Shown here piece after piece: positions 13,806 through 27,831 of a stretch of 64,000 nucleotides of DNA. The position numbers were made by a program, and so were the translations under genes. The first letter of the stretch is position 1. The number at the start of each line of letters is the position of its first letter. The stretch spans positions 14,446,001-14,510,000 of the forward strand of contig JBHGNT010000003.1 of NCBI GenBank assembly GCA_043228905.1. Direction: 5' to 3'. This stretch comes from Azolla caroliniana. Taxonomy: Eukaryota > Plantae > Polypodiophyta. A model generated the notes under the pieces. That model was given only the letters and a program-made list of their open reading frames with translations, was not told where the DNA came from and did no database searches.

Positions 13806-14855
13806 CCGGCGCGATAACCCCAAACACTTCTACATGCAGGAAAGAGTAGCCCTTTTATGGGGGAGTTTGTTTGCATAAATAGCCGACTCCTTCCAATTTT
13901 TATCCTAGTGTGAACTCGTCCAAAGATTTAGGGCTTAGTATATAAGTAATAACCTAACGGTGTAAAGATAAAGAACTTCTTGATCATCTCATAGAGCAAT
14001 CTCTGAGAGTGAGAGAGAGAAAACATAACAACAAAGCTTCCATTAAAGCTTAAAACGCGCTATCTTCTGTTGTATTTTCTTGCCTTCCTTCTATGTTGAC
14101 AAATCCTCCAACATACGTTTCCGCGAACTTTCTCACTTCACCCGAATGGTCCCACGACCACGTTGGTTGGATATAGGCCCGACTCCAGCCGTCTTCTCGT
14201 TTCTTTCGACCAAGTCGGCACTTCCCTCATTATCCCTCCGATAGTCGAGCCAGTCAACGACAATGCCTCATCATTCCACTCACACCATTTGTCGAAACAG
14301 ATGCAAACCCTTTTAACCATAGCCCAATCAGTCGTGAGCCATTCGTTCGTCTTTAAGAGGAGTCCAACCTTCTCCTAGTCGAGCAGATCGACCAATTTGA
14401 TAAAAAGAAGGACCTTGCTCATGTCGAGAACTATCTCGTCCGGTGTCAGCATTCGCGCAAATCGCTTCTCGAACTTCCTAGAGAAGCGCCAATGTGTTCC
14501 TTCCCTTCCTGGGGAGATCAACCCATTCGGACTGAGTCGTCTAGACTATATCTTTCGAGGAGCCCGTCCTCGAATTCCGACCAATTACGGTAGTCGGCTT
14601 GGATCTCGAGCACCTCGGCATGGATGCTCGGCATAACAACCGTTTGGAATGTCTCTCATCAACATCTCGGCCTTGAAGGCCTCCAGATAATTTGTGACAT
14701 CCTTCCCATTTAATCGGCCCGTTTTGCCGACTATTGTTTCAATGACTCTATTGAGCCCCGCTGAGCTCGCTCGAGCGTTCATAAGGTGGTCCACAATGAC
14801 AACCATTGGTTCTACTAGCTCGCCTCCCCTCATCCTGAACTCCTTTGTCGCCCTT

Positions 14856-14872
14856 TCACGTCGAGTTCACCA
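14856..14872 (-). promoter_or_regulatory. PBS of element G, tRNA-Trp-like
   Basis: Minus strand TGGTGAACTCGACGTGA, 3 nt from the LTR; one mismatch to the recalled plant tRNA-Trp 3' complement TGGTGAACCCGACGTGA. Confidence 0.7.
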
Positions 14873-14875
14873 AGA

Positions 14876-15758
14876 TGTCGTGGAAATCCGCGTGTACGTG
14901 TTGGATCGGGCGAGACCACGGGGTTCTTGAACTAGGGAGTCGACATGGGTGGTTGCAAAGCCTGCAACGATCTAGATGGCTCGGTTGCCGGGGACCTCTA
15001 TTGAGCACACGAGCTTGTGGGACTTGTATCCGACCTAATACGATCGTTGGATTCCAGAAAACTTAGCGCACAAGTTCTCAAACACAACAAGTAGACGCAG
15101 AACGGAGGAGGAGAGAAATGACGCCTCCATAGAAACAACAGATGAGACGCAGACACAAACACAACGCGCGATAGGGGGTAGAGAACATAGAAAGTATCTT
15201 AATACAACAAACTCGATAATAATAAAAAAGAATGTACAAAGAACGGCCGCCGGCCAGGAAATAGTGCCACAAGCTCAACAAAACACACCAACTGATGAGC
15301 CTCTAGTCGGGAGCACACAGGCTTCCTACGCGAGCAGAGGCCTCACCAACACCTAACCAAATACACGCGCAGAAAATAGACAATCGACATCACAAACCGG
15401 CAACACTTCTCCCTCCAAAATGATGGTACCCCAAAACGTTTCTCCTCTCCTCCTTTTATAGCTCAAGGAGGGTCTATTACATCAACATTCATGACTGTTG
15501 TTTCTGTCAGCAATTCTCTCCCACGATTTCCTCAATCAAACTTTATTCCCCTATTTTTGTGGGACATTAAAGTACTTATTCAAATCCCACTATCTCGTAG
15601 TTATTATACTCTACTTATTTACATTTGTTTTATACAAAGGCCTTTCATGTGAGAATGTGCATATCCCCATTCACACGCATCCAACGAACTTTTCCTCCAG
15701 TAACCGGAATCCTCCACGACATCATGAGAAACCCCTACGAATCTATGAGACGAGGACA
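14876..15758 (-). repeat. 5' LTR of element G
   Basis: TGTCGTGG...CGAGGACA termini next to the PBS; minus-strand CTATAAAA near 15455. Confidence 0.7.
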
Positions 15759-16028
15759 TTTGGTGGTCTAGGAGCTTTAGGTGTTGGGCTTTGTTGTTTG
15801 GAGTTGTTATTTAACTACCAAAGTATAGCATAAGGTATTATCTGATGGTATGAGACATTGGTGGTATTTTATCAACTTGTCTTGCTCAAGGGTTACCGAT
15901 GTGGTTAAGCGCCCTTAATCCATTCTTTTCCTTACTCGCTTATTATATTGCTTATCATTAACTCAATTTGTAACACTTGCTAAGAATTACGAGATATTGT
16001 TTGGTGGTGAACATGAACACTGATAGTA

Positions 16029-16128
16029 TTCATAATAATATGTTAATGTTATTCTAGTGGGCATTTCATAATAATATGTTAATGTTATTCTAGTGGGTAT
16101 TTCATAATAATATGTTAATGTTATTCTA
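16029..16128. repeat. Minisatellite, ~2.8 x 36 bp
   Basis: TTCATAATAATATGTTAATGTTATTCTAGTGGG(C/T)AT at 16029, 16065 and 16101, with no spacers. Confidence 0.9.
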
Positions 16129-19100
16129 TTGTGCCCACTGCCCACATAGAAAGTGATATGAATTAATATATTACCATATATATTGTTGAATCAAGATATT
16201 CATTTGGATTTTCTCATTTGCCTTGTATGGATTGTGTTGTAATCTTTTATATCCTCTCAACATGTAAACTGAGGCAAAAAGTTCACAAGGCCCACATTGT
16301 AGTTTCATTTTGTTGAAGGGCTATTGAGAGAAATGATGTAAACAAAGAGAAATTCACTAGTGACAAACATGATGACAATTTTGCATGTATCACAAGAAGG
16401 AATTTATCACATAATAAATGTATGAAGTAAAATAATTAAGGAGCGGCTTAGAGTTCACGAAAGTCAATCCTTTAGCACCGATTCTCAAAATGAGATATAA
16501 AGAAAAACCATAATCTTAGTTAAGACCCCAAGGTAAAGCTCTAGATTTCAAGTTTTTCTTCTAGTTTGAGGACAATACTTGCTATTAGAAGCCTTGGAAA
16601 TCATAGCAACCAGTATTTTGAGGTTTCTCTCCGAAATTGCCCTTCATTCTTTTCAATACGTTCTCTAAGGTTATCTAATACGGTTCTGAGAATGGAAACG
16701 TGGAAAATTCAAACCAAGCATGAAAGAGTAAAGTTCCACTTAGGGGAGAAGTGAAAGAAATCTTATTTTATTTGTATGAAAGGAAGTTTAGGTATCATTA
16801 ATGCTTGAAAATGCATCTCATACACAAAAATAAAGTAGGACTCAAAAATATAAAACTAAATAAAAACGATTATTTTTCTAGGAAATCTAAGTAAAATTTT
16901 TATATGTCTTGCATCCAAGAAAGATGAGAAATCATTATGCTCCTCTCTGGATTGGTGGAAGGAAGATGGAAAAATCGCAATAATCTCACATATAGATGCA
17001 ATCAAACATTTAAATATGAAAACACTCATCATAATTATGCATGCATGCAAATGTTTGTGTGTGTGTGATTAAGGGGTAAATAATTTGTAAATTGAGGAGT
17101 TATGACATAGTATACAACTTATGAGTTATAGTAGACAATGTTATAGTTTCAATGCTTGGGCTCCAAAAAGTGAATATGCTATTGGTTTATGCTAAAAAAC
17201 CAATTTATGAAACCAAGATTTAGGAAATTGCCAGTTTGCATGCTCTTGGATAAGAAGGTGATGTACTTGAGCCAGATTAATGTCTTTTGGTGACCTTCAT
17301 CAAGTACACTTTTTTGGCTTTTCTAGTTTTTGAATGCCAGCCAATAATAGAGTTATTGGTTTGAACCAACATTATATATAAAATTTTTAATAGTTAACCT
17401 AACGTCGATATTGGAAATTGTAGGTCTTATATTCATCCTCCATGAAGTATTTTATCTCGGTAACATGCTTGGTTGTGTTTGTATATTTACAATGTGTGTA
17501 GTGTGTGTATTTGTAGTTGTAAGTGTATGTGCATGCATACAAATGCTTGTGTGTAAGTTCAATTTATTAAGCTAATCAATAAGATAAACTTAATTAGTTC
17601 ACATTAGATTTGCCTTAACATCAATGCTAAGCTTAAATGTCATTTTAAACATCTACTTAATCATAAATTTATAAAGCTCAACTTCATTTTAATCATCAAC
17701 ATCGAGTTGGTCTAAAACTTGAAGATCATGTTATGCATCTGTTGTAATCTTCCATTGAACAACATTTTGTGAGTTTCACAAAGCATGTTGTAATCGAATC
17801 TACACGGGCCAAGTCTCAAAGTTACAGATGCTATAAGTTTTAGTGAAGAAAATATATGGTGTACTCATATAAATTGTCTTCATCAACCACATGAAGAGGA
17901 GCATAAAGAACTTTGTTAACAATTGTTCTAGCTCTCTTATCTCATAATGCTCATTAACTATGATAGTGGTTTCGTAATAGCTATGCCACAATTGAACACG
18001 AACAACAATCTCTCACTAGAATTGTAAATGCCAATGATATCATTATAAACAAATTGATGTTGATACCTCAATGCTCTCCACAACTATTCAGGGTTTAGGA
18101 ACTAGAATAGGACATGAATTTTCTCATTTTATAACGTTGTAAGATATAGAAAGAGATGGATCGATTTTATTATCATCTTCGGAGGACACATATGACTATT
18201 GAGACTCAGAAGCAAATGTCGATGTTCAAGAACATTACTAATGAATGTTGCAATTGATGGTGGACAATACGACCGTGAGAGAAGTTCATGTAATGATTGG
18301 CTTCGGCCAAAGATCTATGGAAAGCATAGTCGAATGTGATAAAAGGAAAAGCATTGTATGAATGTGTGATCCTCAAACATCTAACCTTGTTTAGGGAATA
18401 TGGGCATAGTTGACTTGGATCATTACCTATGCCCCATGATCACACTCAAAATCAATGTGATTGTGAACTAAGTCTTATGGAAGCAATGGTTTGGATGGCG
18501 GATAACAAGATAAGCTCTAACATGTATCGATGTGTGGAATCTCCATGTTTGGCGAAGAACATGGTTTTGTATCTAGGTGTGCGACATGTGTAGTAGAATG
18601 TGTGAGGTGTGAACCTCCACAATTTTCCCATGTCATGATACATTAGCATTGCAAAAGGTCTCATTCGCAAAGGAATCTATTCATGCATCATGAAGTATTT
18701 TGCAATGCACCTTGAGATAGATATATTATAGTACCTATTAGAGAAAGAGAGACAGAGAGATCATTGGGGGCTATGGTTCAAATGGAATATGCGGAATGCC
18801 TTCACTTTTGATTTACAAGTTGGGGTGAGAAAATATGTTTTAAAGTTAAAAGGACTTCTTTTGTGGCAATTTACAGTGCTAGAGAAGTCACAAAATCTCA
18901 ACCATGAAGAGAGAGAACTCTGAAGGTCACATATCATCATATTCGCCATTTAAATTGGTGTGTAGGGTGGCATTGAGTTCGGAGTTGTAGTAGTCTTTAG
19001 ATCCCTAGATAGATAGAAGGGTTCTATACTTTGTAGTAAGTTAGTCATGGTGGTGTTTTTTCTTTCGTAATGAAAGCCATTATTTACGAAAAAGGGAGAG

Positions 19101-20627
19101 AAAGAGAGAGAGAGAGGTCATTCGTACAAATCAAATATACCCATGGAATCAAAGTGAAACAAATCCAAATGTAGTGTGTAGAGTTGGAAAGGGAGCCCCC
19201 ATTTTAAGAATTTGATTATTTAACATCACAATTGAGATTGCACATTGGAATGAGAGAAATGTTTGCTTAAGCTTGTTTTATAATGAAAGAGGGATCATTC
19301 TAGTAGACTGTCATCCAACTAATGAACTTGTTCAAGATGAAACATGCATAATCGATGATTCATCTTGTCAATGCCCCAACGCCTCCAATCACATTGAATT
19401 GAATGTGAGCTAATCCTTGTGGAATCGATGGTACACAAGTCAAGCTTTAGCATGAATTAATGCACTAGAAAAGAAGATAGTTCTTGTATTTAGGTGCAAC
19501 ATACCATGAGTGGAGCATGAATCTCCACATCTCTCCTAACCCATGGCACATTGGCATTGTAGGAAATCCGCATTCACAAAGGACTGTAATGAGGCATCAT
19601 GAAGCAATAGTAATGCATCCCATTTTTCCAACCATTCATGCATGTCTAACATTCATGCAAAACCACTGTTTTTGTGTCTATTGAACTAATATTTTTTGCT
19701 TTCCATAAAATTCTTGGAGTTTGATGCAATGAATGTACACTTCCATCGAGACCACGCCCATGCCCATGGTGATTCAACTGAAGAATCAAGGGCATGTATG
19801 TATGACTTTTGTCGCTTGACGCGAAGGAGCTTTTTACCTTTGGACACTTTTTCCGAGTGGACTTAGAGATGCTATACCATGACATACTCGAGAGTTCAAC
19901 CAACCCCCATGCCATAGAGAGGGGGGGGGGGGGGGAGCACTTATGTCACCAAAGTATTGAAACATGCATCTCTGAGAACCCAATGAATGAAGAACATTTG
20001 ATTTCGTGAAGAAGGAATATACTCCATGGACATTGTCATCGAGATAAAAAGACAAGGGGGGCATAACTAACTACGAGGAAGAGGAAAAGTGGGGGGATGT
20101 GATGTAGAGGTTGTGTGTGATAAGATGGTAAAAAACGGACAGCTTCATTTCCTTGGGGCAAGCACATGATGGGTGGGCCAAAAGGAGAGGAAAGCCAACA
20201 ATGCATGCGTGCATGTAGAAGACACAAGACAATCCCTCCGCCCCCACACTCTTGCTTCACCCACATGTGAGAGGGGAAGGGACGACAAAATCCTACACAC
20301 TGCAGTACAATACAGTACAGTACGGTGCAGAATAGTACGGTACGGTGGACAATAGTACAACACAATGCAGCACCACCAACATAATTTGACCCCCCTCCTT
20401 CTTTTCCCCCCATCAACACGGCATCCATACATAGATAGATAGACAGATAGACAGATAGATAATGAATGAAATGAATGAATGCCTAAAAAGATGATAGATA
20501 GATGGTTGCTGCTTTTTCTAAATTTTTCACCCCTCCGAACCTATACCCATGATGAGGCTTGATAAAAAGAAAGTACAGAATCTCAAGTAGTTACTCCAAC
20601 ACCATCCACTTCACTTCCCTGCTTTCA

Positions 20628-20705
20628 CCTCCTCCTCCTCCTCCTCCTCCTCCTTTCTTCTTCTTCTTCTTCTTGTTTGACCCAGGGCTCGAAATTTAGC
20701 AGGCA

Positions 20706-20736
<31 letters not shown>
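20628..20736. repeat. (CCT)n/(TTC)n and (CAG)n microsatellites upstream of the kinase gene
   Basis: Directly visible. Confidence 0.9.
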
Positions 20737-21313
20737 TAGAAGGAAAAAGCTGGAAACAATTGTAACTTTCTACTCTTTCCACCTCGCTTCAAATCATGGA
20801 TGGGTTTTAGGGTTTATTTAACCTGGCCCTCACTCAACTTTCACGTCATGGAGAGACACGTGTCACAAGAAAAAGCAGACAGGCCAGGCCTATATAGGGT
20901 GGGTGGTGAAGAAAGACAAGACGTCTTTGTGTATGGCTTTTCCACTCACGGAGCTTTGCTTGTCCTGTCCTTGGTTCGATTTTGGGAGAGAGATATGGAG
21001 GTTAACAGCTTTGGGTAAAAAAAACAGCAAGGCATGGGGTAGGGTAGGTAAAAGAAGAAGAAGCAGAAGATGAAGATGAAGAAGAAGAAGAAGAAGTGGG
21101 AAGTAAGGAGGTACTTTGCTTATGCTAGCCTACTGTCCCTATCTCCCCCCTCAATATCTCTCATCTCTAGAAGAGGGAAGAAAGAAGTAAAGCGTATCCT
21201 AGAAGAACCCTACAAGTATAAGAGACACAAGAAACAGGGGATTCAGCTATGGTAGGAACAGGACAGAACAGCACAAGGGAGGTTGGGGAGAAGTGGGAAT
21301 CAGAATAAATTCC

Positions 21314-21489
21314 ATGGTTTTCCTGGGGATTGTTGCTGCCCTTGCTGCCTCAGCCTTGCTTTCTGCTCTCCTCTACTACCTCTACCTCCATCAGAAGGTG
21401 AAGAAGAAGAAAGGCCCAGAACAGAGTAAGTCATCCCAGTTTTGTGGGGACAGGAAGCCTATACACAGCAAGCAAATAAAGACTACCTA

Positions 21490-21524
<35 letters not shown>

Positions 21525-23526
21525 ATATATATATATATATATATATATTATGTTTGTGCATTTCTGTGAATGTACATGTTTGTGTGTATCACTACTAATC
21601 TTTTTTCATTCTGAATGTGTGTGTATATATATATATGAACAGGGTATAGGAGTGATTCTATTACAGTCCATACATCAAAATTAGGAGGCACAAGTAGCAT
21701 AGTCCAACAACACAGAGCTGCCCAGGTCTTCACATACAAGCAACTCCAAATGGCCACCCATAATTTCGATGAGGGGAATGTGATCGGCCGAGGCGGGTTT
21801 GGGTCTGTATATAAAGGCATCCTATCGGATGGCAAATTGGCTGCCATCAAGCAACTCGACCGCAGCAGCAAACAAGGAGACCTCGAGTTTCGAGTCGAGG
21901 TTTCGAGAATTTTTTATTTTTTATTAATTATTTTAAATTTGTTCTGTCTGAGAGTTTGAATTTTTGTAAGATTTTTTTTTCTCTCTCAAATTTTTGTGTG
22001 GGAAATGAAACTACATGTGAGATTCTGTTTTCATTTTGTTCATTGACAATATAGGTGGACATGCTTAGCATGTTGCATTCTCCCCACCTCCTCGGACTTA
22101 TCGGCTACTGTGCCGACCAAGCTCACCGCCTCCTTGTTTACGATTACATGTGTAATGGCAGCTTGCACGAGCATCTTTATTCCAAAGGTTGAATCATTTG
22201 TAATCCTTAGGTGTATTCTATCTATCTATCTATCTATCTATATATACCCTCTCTTCTCAACATTCGTTATTATTATATTTACTTACAAGTTCCATATATG
22301 CCTTTTGTTATGAGGATATGCATAATGGTACGTTAATGGAGTCGATCAGGCTAGAGATAGGCCCATTAGCTTGTGGTGGTGGATGGCAATGGGGACACAG
22401 AATTAGGGTTAATTGGCATAAATAGGGCTTACTACCTACTGTGCATTTCATAAGACTCTTAAACCTCTGTTGTCCTTTTCTCTTATTGTTCCTTGGTTAG
22501 TTTCCTTAATTATGTTCTAACTATTGATTAACTGCTTAAGATTCTTAAATAACACTTTTCTAGGAACACCGGGTAGCCCTCCTTATCTAAACTGGGATAC
22601 CCGAATGAGAGTCGCATTGGACTCCGCACGGGGCCTCGAGTACCTCCATGAATTCGTAAGCCCACCAGTAATACATCGGGACTTCAAGAGTAGCAATATA
22701 CTTCTTGACGAGAATTTCAACGCACGGGTTTCTGATTTTGGGCTCGCCAAACTTGGATCTGACAAAGTGGGAGGCTTGGTCTCGACTCGAGTATTAGGGA
22801 CTCACGGATATGTGGCACCCGAGTAAAAGTTTCGATTCATATTATGCATTTCTTCGTTCTTTTCTTGTCATTTAACTCAAGTCTTGACAAGCTCATATAT
22901 ATTTGATTTTGTGGTGTAGGTATGCTATGACAGGACACTTGACAACCAAGTCGGATGTGTATAGTTATGGGGTTGTATTGCTAGAGTTGTTAACGGGTAG
23001 GGTTCCTGTGGATATGAAAAGACCCCCTGGGCAAGGAGTTCTTGTATCATGGGTGAGCTAGAGCGTTAGTGAAGTTGGATTCATTAGATTCTTTCACCTT
23101 TCCCTTTGTTTCTTTTTGCCCGACAATTTCGTTGCTTCGCAGGCATTACCACGGCTAACAGATCGGAAAAGGCTTGTAGAGATGGTGGATCCAGTCTTGC
23201 AAGGTCAATATGCTATCAAAGAGTTGATACAAGTAAAGCATAGAAACCTTCATTTTCTCACTTTTCATGTCAAATGAGTGTTCTCGGACAAATGAGTTTT
23301 TATGTGTGTATCTTATCTTTAGGTTGCTGCTGTGGCTGCTATGTGTGTGCAACCTGAGGCAGATTACCGGCCCCTTATGACAGATGTTGTGCAATCACTC
23401 ATCCCTCTCGTGAAGAACAAGTGTGTACCAAAGGTGGTGCACACCGAAGGCTTGAACCACCACCCAATTGTGACCCTAAACTCATCATCTATAGATAGTG
23501 GTAGCTGTGGGCCAGACTATAACTAG
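21314..23526 (+). CDS. Membrane-anchored receptor-like Ser/Thr kinase (RLK/Pelle; resembles Arabidopsis At3g58690/At1g54820 type), ~395 aa, 7 exons: 21314-21425, 21643-21899, 22055-22187, 22564-22822, 22920-23052, 23143-23232, 23323-23526
   Basis: All introns GT-AG with consistent phases (1188 nt, open frame). N-terminal hydrophobic helix then KVKKKK. Motifs [41 protein letters not shown]. Start codon and family assignment less certain. Confidence 0.92.
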
Positions 23527-25105
23527 TTTATCTGCCGATTGGGTGATCTATCATGTTCTCCTTTTAAAATTGAATGCGGACTACGAAGGGAATGGATCGT
23601 ATCATTGGGAAGGGAGAGGGAATACCTAAGCTAAAACTCCTTACTCTCTCAACAATTAGTGGCATGCCTTATGCCTTGTCCACAAAGTTTACGGGGTTTG
23701 TAAAATGTATGTTCTATACCAAGTTTTGTAGTATATAATGGCAACCTTTTAAATATATTATCATCAAGAAAAAGTTACAAGTAAGAGGGAGTAGTTCATG
23801 TTAAATGGGATGAACTCTTACATGTGTGTAAGGAACCATGGACATAAGGAAATAAGTTTGATTTAAGTTATGAGGATATGCCTCTCATTGAATGAAGAAA
23901 AGAAAAGAACACATCATTCTTTATTAATGAAGCTAATTTAATTTCTCCCTTCAAGAAGTTGATGATTTCTCATAATAGTGAATTGAAACTCTATTGAGCC
24001 AGTCAAGTTCCAATGGTGTGTCTAGATCATTAAACAAAAAACAAAAAAGAGATAGTGCAACACTTGTGTCACTATACGAATCAATGTAATTACCATATAC
24101 AAACATGCTAGAGGTCAGAAGGAGAGGTAGGCATGGTGGTAGAATCAAGGATGGTAGTTGCCCACCTCAGTAGTAGAACCCTTCATCAATAGCATATCCG
24201 GCTAACCACAACCACCTAGGAGAGGATCAAGTATTCTATTTAATTTAATTAGAAAAGGGCTAGTATAGTTTTTCTAATGAGCCTTCATAAATTAGTTTTT
24301 TGTGTCGCCCAAAGTTTTATGAGTTTGTTTTTATGATACATTTTTAACAGATGATTGCAAGACCATTCTTTCATAGTAGATACTACTATTGCATCGAGGT
24401 ATAGATTTAGCGTCACCAAGAGTTCTATGAGTTTGTTTTTATGATTGCAAGACCATTCTTTCAATATTGCATTGTGGTATGGATTATCACATTGAAAACG
24501 TACCATTCTACAAAATTATCGCACCAAAAAAGACACAAAAAAGCTTTAACGAAACTTGTGTAGGACACATTTTATCATTTGCAGCTCAAACGTTAAAAAA
24601 GAAAAACAACAAAATCTTTAACGAATCTAACCTATGATGGGGAGTTCTAACTGAAGAATGTTTAAATTTGATGTGAGACCAATTTCATGTTTGGTTTTGT
24701 CTGCAATCATGGATGATAATAGATTATGAATGGATGAATAGAAAGACATTCATGAAAACTTCATGAATTCATAAGGACTAAGCCAACCTCAAAAATGGAT
24801 ACACCCAAAACAAATGTTGAATGTGTGAAGTGGAAAGCAATCACATGGACACAAAATAATAGAACGAGAGTACATATTTTACTCAATAGCATAATATGAG
24901 CGTTGTGCATGACCGTAGTATGTATTTGGCAAGTGTATATATAGTCCAAATGTTCATATTTAGGCATGTTCCTTTGACCACCATCTATACCATTGCTTTA
25001 AGACAACTTAGCTCACATTCTCTTTGATATGAGGCATGACATTGGGGCAAAATATGGGGCATTGATGAGGCAAAAATTGCAAATAGGTTGAGTTTAAGTT
25101 CTCCC

Positions 25106-25139
<34 letters not shown>

Positions 25140-26717
25140 CCTCTCTCTCGCAAATGTACGTTAATGTGCAAGCTCATGTTTTTTCGACAAGTTGAGAGGT
25201 CAAACGAAGTGAGGAATAAAGCAACAAGATGAATATAAGTTCGTTTTTATTGCAAATATCAAGCAAATCACACAAGTCTTCCTATGTCACACACACACTC
25301 TCTCGTGGTTTCTCCAAGAAAATATCAAAATTGTGGAGGCTTAATGAATTAGAAAAATATACAAGGATTTCGTTAAGATGTAATGTTGAAGATTGGGGGT
25401 TCCATTCTAAGTACATGATGTTATTGTCACAATGCATGCTTCAAAAAGTAAGGAGACAAGGGGAGATTATAAGGTGACAAAGGTGGATGCCAGCATGACA
25501 ATTAACGTTGACATGTACTAGGGGCGATAAAAAATTTATTTTCACGTGATTCATAACTTAAGTGCTTGAGACTTACCAAGTTAGAAGATGAAGCTACATA
25601 TGCATGCCTTATAGTTTCTTTAACAAATATCGTATGAAAAATGGGATAAAGATAAATGTGAGGTGGTAAAGTAACATTGCACGATGATCCAAACTATTTT
25701 CAATAAGACAAGAGCCTTGAGAATGGAAAGCCAAATTCGTACACTTTCATTCAGAGTGCCCTTGTATCTCTAAAGGAGGTCACAATTACACTAATAGTTG
25801 AGCATAGATGAGCACATATTCTTTTGGCATAAATACAAAGTGTACTTCCATCTCCATCCTTTTCATATTGTAATATATGCAATCTTTTTTCTTTACATCT
25901 AAACTTGTTTGTTTTCTTTGGTGAATATGTACATTCTATGAGCATGTTTGAAACATATTTATGACCCTTCTAACTTGTCAAGACATAGGTGCATGGACAT
26001 AGTTTACATCTAAATGGTCATATATGGGTTAAGGTATCTTGGATTTGTGCTTGCACAATTGTGGTCAAACTTCAATATTTGCTAGAAAATTATCAAAATT
26101 ATGTGCAATTATTTTTAATGCCCTTCCTTGTTACTTCATTTGCAACACCTAGATTCAAGAAGCATGATATGATGGATGGTTTTTTGTTTTCTTTGCACCA
26201 GGGCTTCAATTTGACGAGTTAGTATTAAAGTTTTTTGACTGGCATTTTTTAAAGATATATGTCATATGGCATAAGAGTGCAAAAACTAACATGTCATTTG
26301 ACATATAAATTTTAATAATGAAAAGCTCTATATGATGCTTCATTGTTATACATTTCATTAGTGTAGAAAGTACACAAAGATGCACAAATAAACATAACTA
26401 CCTCACAAAGATAATGAAATACTTTAAATAAATATCGTGTTAATGTTCTTACTAATAAGTTTGAAAAAAGGTTATTTTTAGAAAAAAAGGTTAGTAAATT
26501 TTTTTGTTTTAACTTAAAAATGGCGGTTGGTTGGTCAAATGAACAAGAGAGTAGGATTCTCCCCTTTTTCCAATACTCTATGGCATATGGGAGACGTTTT
26601 TTGATACAACATCATTGTGTAAATCCTGTTGCACAAAAGTATTGTGAGTTAGGTGCTATATCGCATCAATATATGGCGGCTTATTAGAAACGTTTATGGG
26701 CTCTACCATGTATGCGG

Positions 26718-27358
26718 TGTGGTGCCTTTCGGCGCCGGATCGTAACCACTAGGGTTTTGGACTAGCAGGAGGAGAATTTTAAGGTTAATAAGAATATGAA
26801 GAGATTGTAGGAAAGAGATAGAAAACTCGTGAATCCCACGAGTATAATTTATTTTATTAATCAATATTTAGATAAGAATAAGAATAAATTAAAAGAGAGA
26901 AGTAGATAGAAAACTCACGAATCCCACGAGTATAATATATTAATAAACCCTTATGAAAAAAATCAACAACCTATTACAATTTGCTCCCCACCCTTATATA
27001 ATGATGGGAGAGGCTAAGTATATCTTCTCATATGGAAAGCATCAGGCCTTTTCTAAACTGTTCATGCACACTAGATGTGCATGAATAGTTTTTCCTATTA
27101 TGCTTTTTCTTCTAATAATAGTGTTCATGCACATGAGATGTGCATAATAGCTTTTTCGATCACGTGCTTTCTTCTAACTAACGTTTTATGCACTCTACAC
27201 GTGTAAAAGTAGTTTTTCCTAAAAAATATACATGAAGTAACCTTTCTATGTGGGATATCTACTTTTTTTTAACACTCATAATGTGTTAGTCTAATGGTAA
27301 GGCTTTAAAGTACCAACATGGAGGTACAAGGTTTGAATGTTGCCCTATGCATGTAACA
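26718..27358. mobile_element. Possible solo LTR of another family (left boundary uncertain)
   Basis: Ends TGTAACA; internal repeat AAAACTC..GAATCCCACGAGTATAAT; A/B-box-like end like the E LTR; no clean TSD. Confidence 0.4.
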
Positions 27359-27724
27359 TATATTTTAATATTTTCTTCTAATTCTATATTTTTATTGAAT
27401 TGGGTATTCTGTACATAATTCTCGTAATGTACGAAGTACACGACGACAATCACCCCCTCCAAACCTACACATCCTCCGGTATGTGCCGAAGTTTCCAGCA
27501 CTTGTTACTCTTCTTCATCTGTAGCACCCTCTGTCTATTCTCCTATGTCGATTATTAACTCTAGCCCACTTTCTTCACTTTCCGCACTTCCGTGATCCTT
27601 GTCCAATTGCTCCTCTGTGTCGGTTTTGTCTAAGATTATGTAGGGTGTGCCGTCACTTTGCTTTTTGAAAATTTCACCCACTTCCCCGCTATAGGCACTC
27701 GAAGTATTGTTCCATCTAGGAAAA

Positions 27725-27776
27725 TGTATGTTGTGTATGCATATATCCATATGTAATGTATGCATGCATGCATGTA

Positions 27777-27831
<55 letters not shown>

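Larger units (their letters stand above)
7880..14140 (+). mobile_element. Full-length but degenerate Ty1/Copia element F
   Basis: LTRs 7880-8171 and 13868-14140; TSD CCCGG/CCCGA; iMet PBS TGGTATCAAAGC 8174-8185; PPT GGGGGAGTT directly before 13868. Confidence 0.88.
5297..15758 (-). mobile_element. Old, degenerate Ty3/Gypsy element G, interrupted by a solo LTR (7157-7580) and Copia F (7880-14140)
   Basis: 5' LTR 14876-15758; PBS 14856-14872; gag-like GKTGRLNGKDVTNYLEAFKAEM (14585-14833); RT-like 6276-6656; RNase H-like EVRGFLG...TVDTRPNGIGWVI (5697-6077). Confidence 0.75.

Noticed and set aside
16029-16128. 36-bp repeats as a CRISPR array
   Set aside because: Head-to-tail with no unique spacers, no cas genes, eukaryotic context.
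16150-19800. Remnant DNA-transposase fragments (SLDWWKE near 16945; CDC near 18458)
   Set aside because: Too short and degenerate to support without a profile search.
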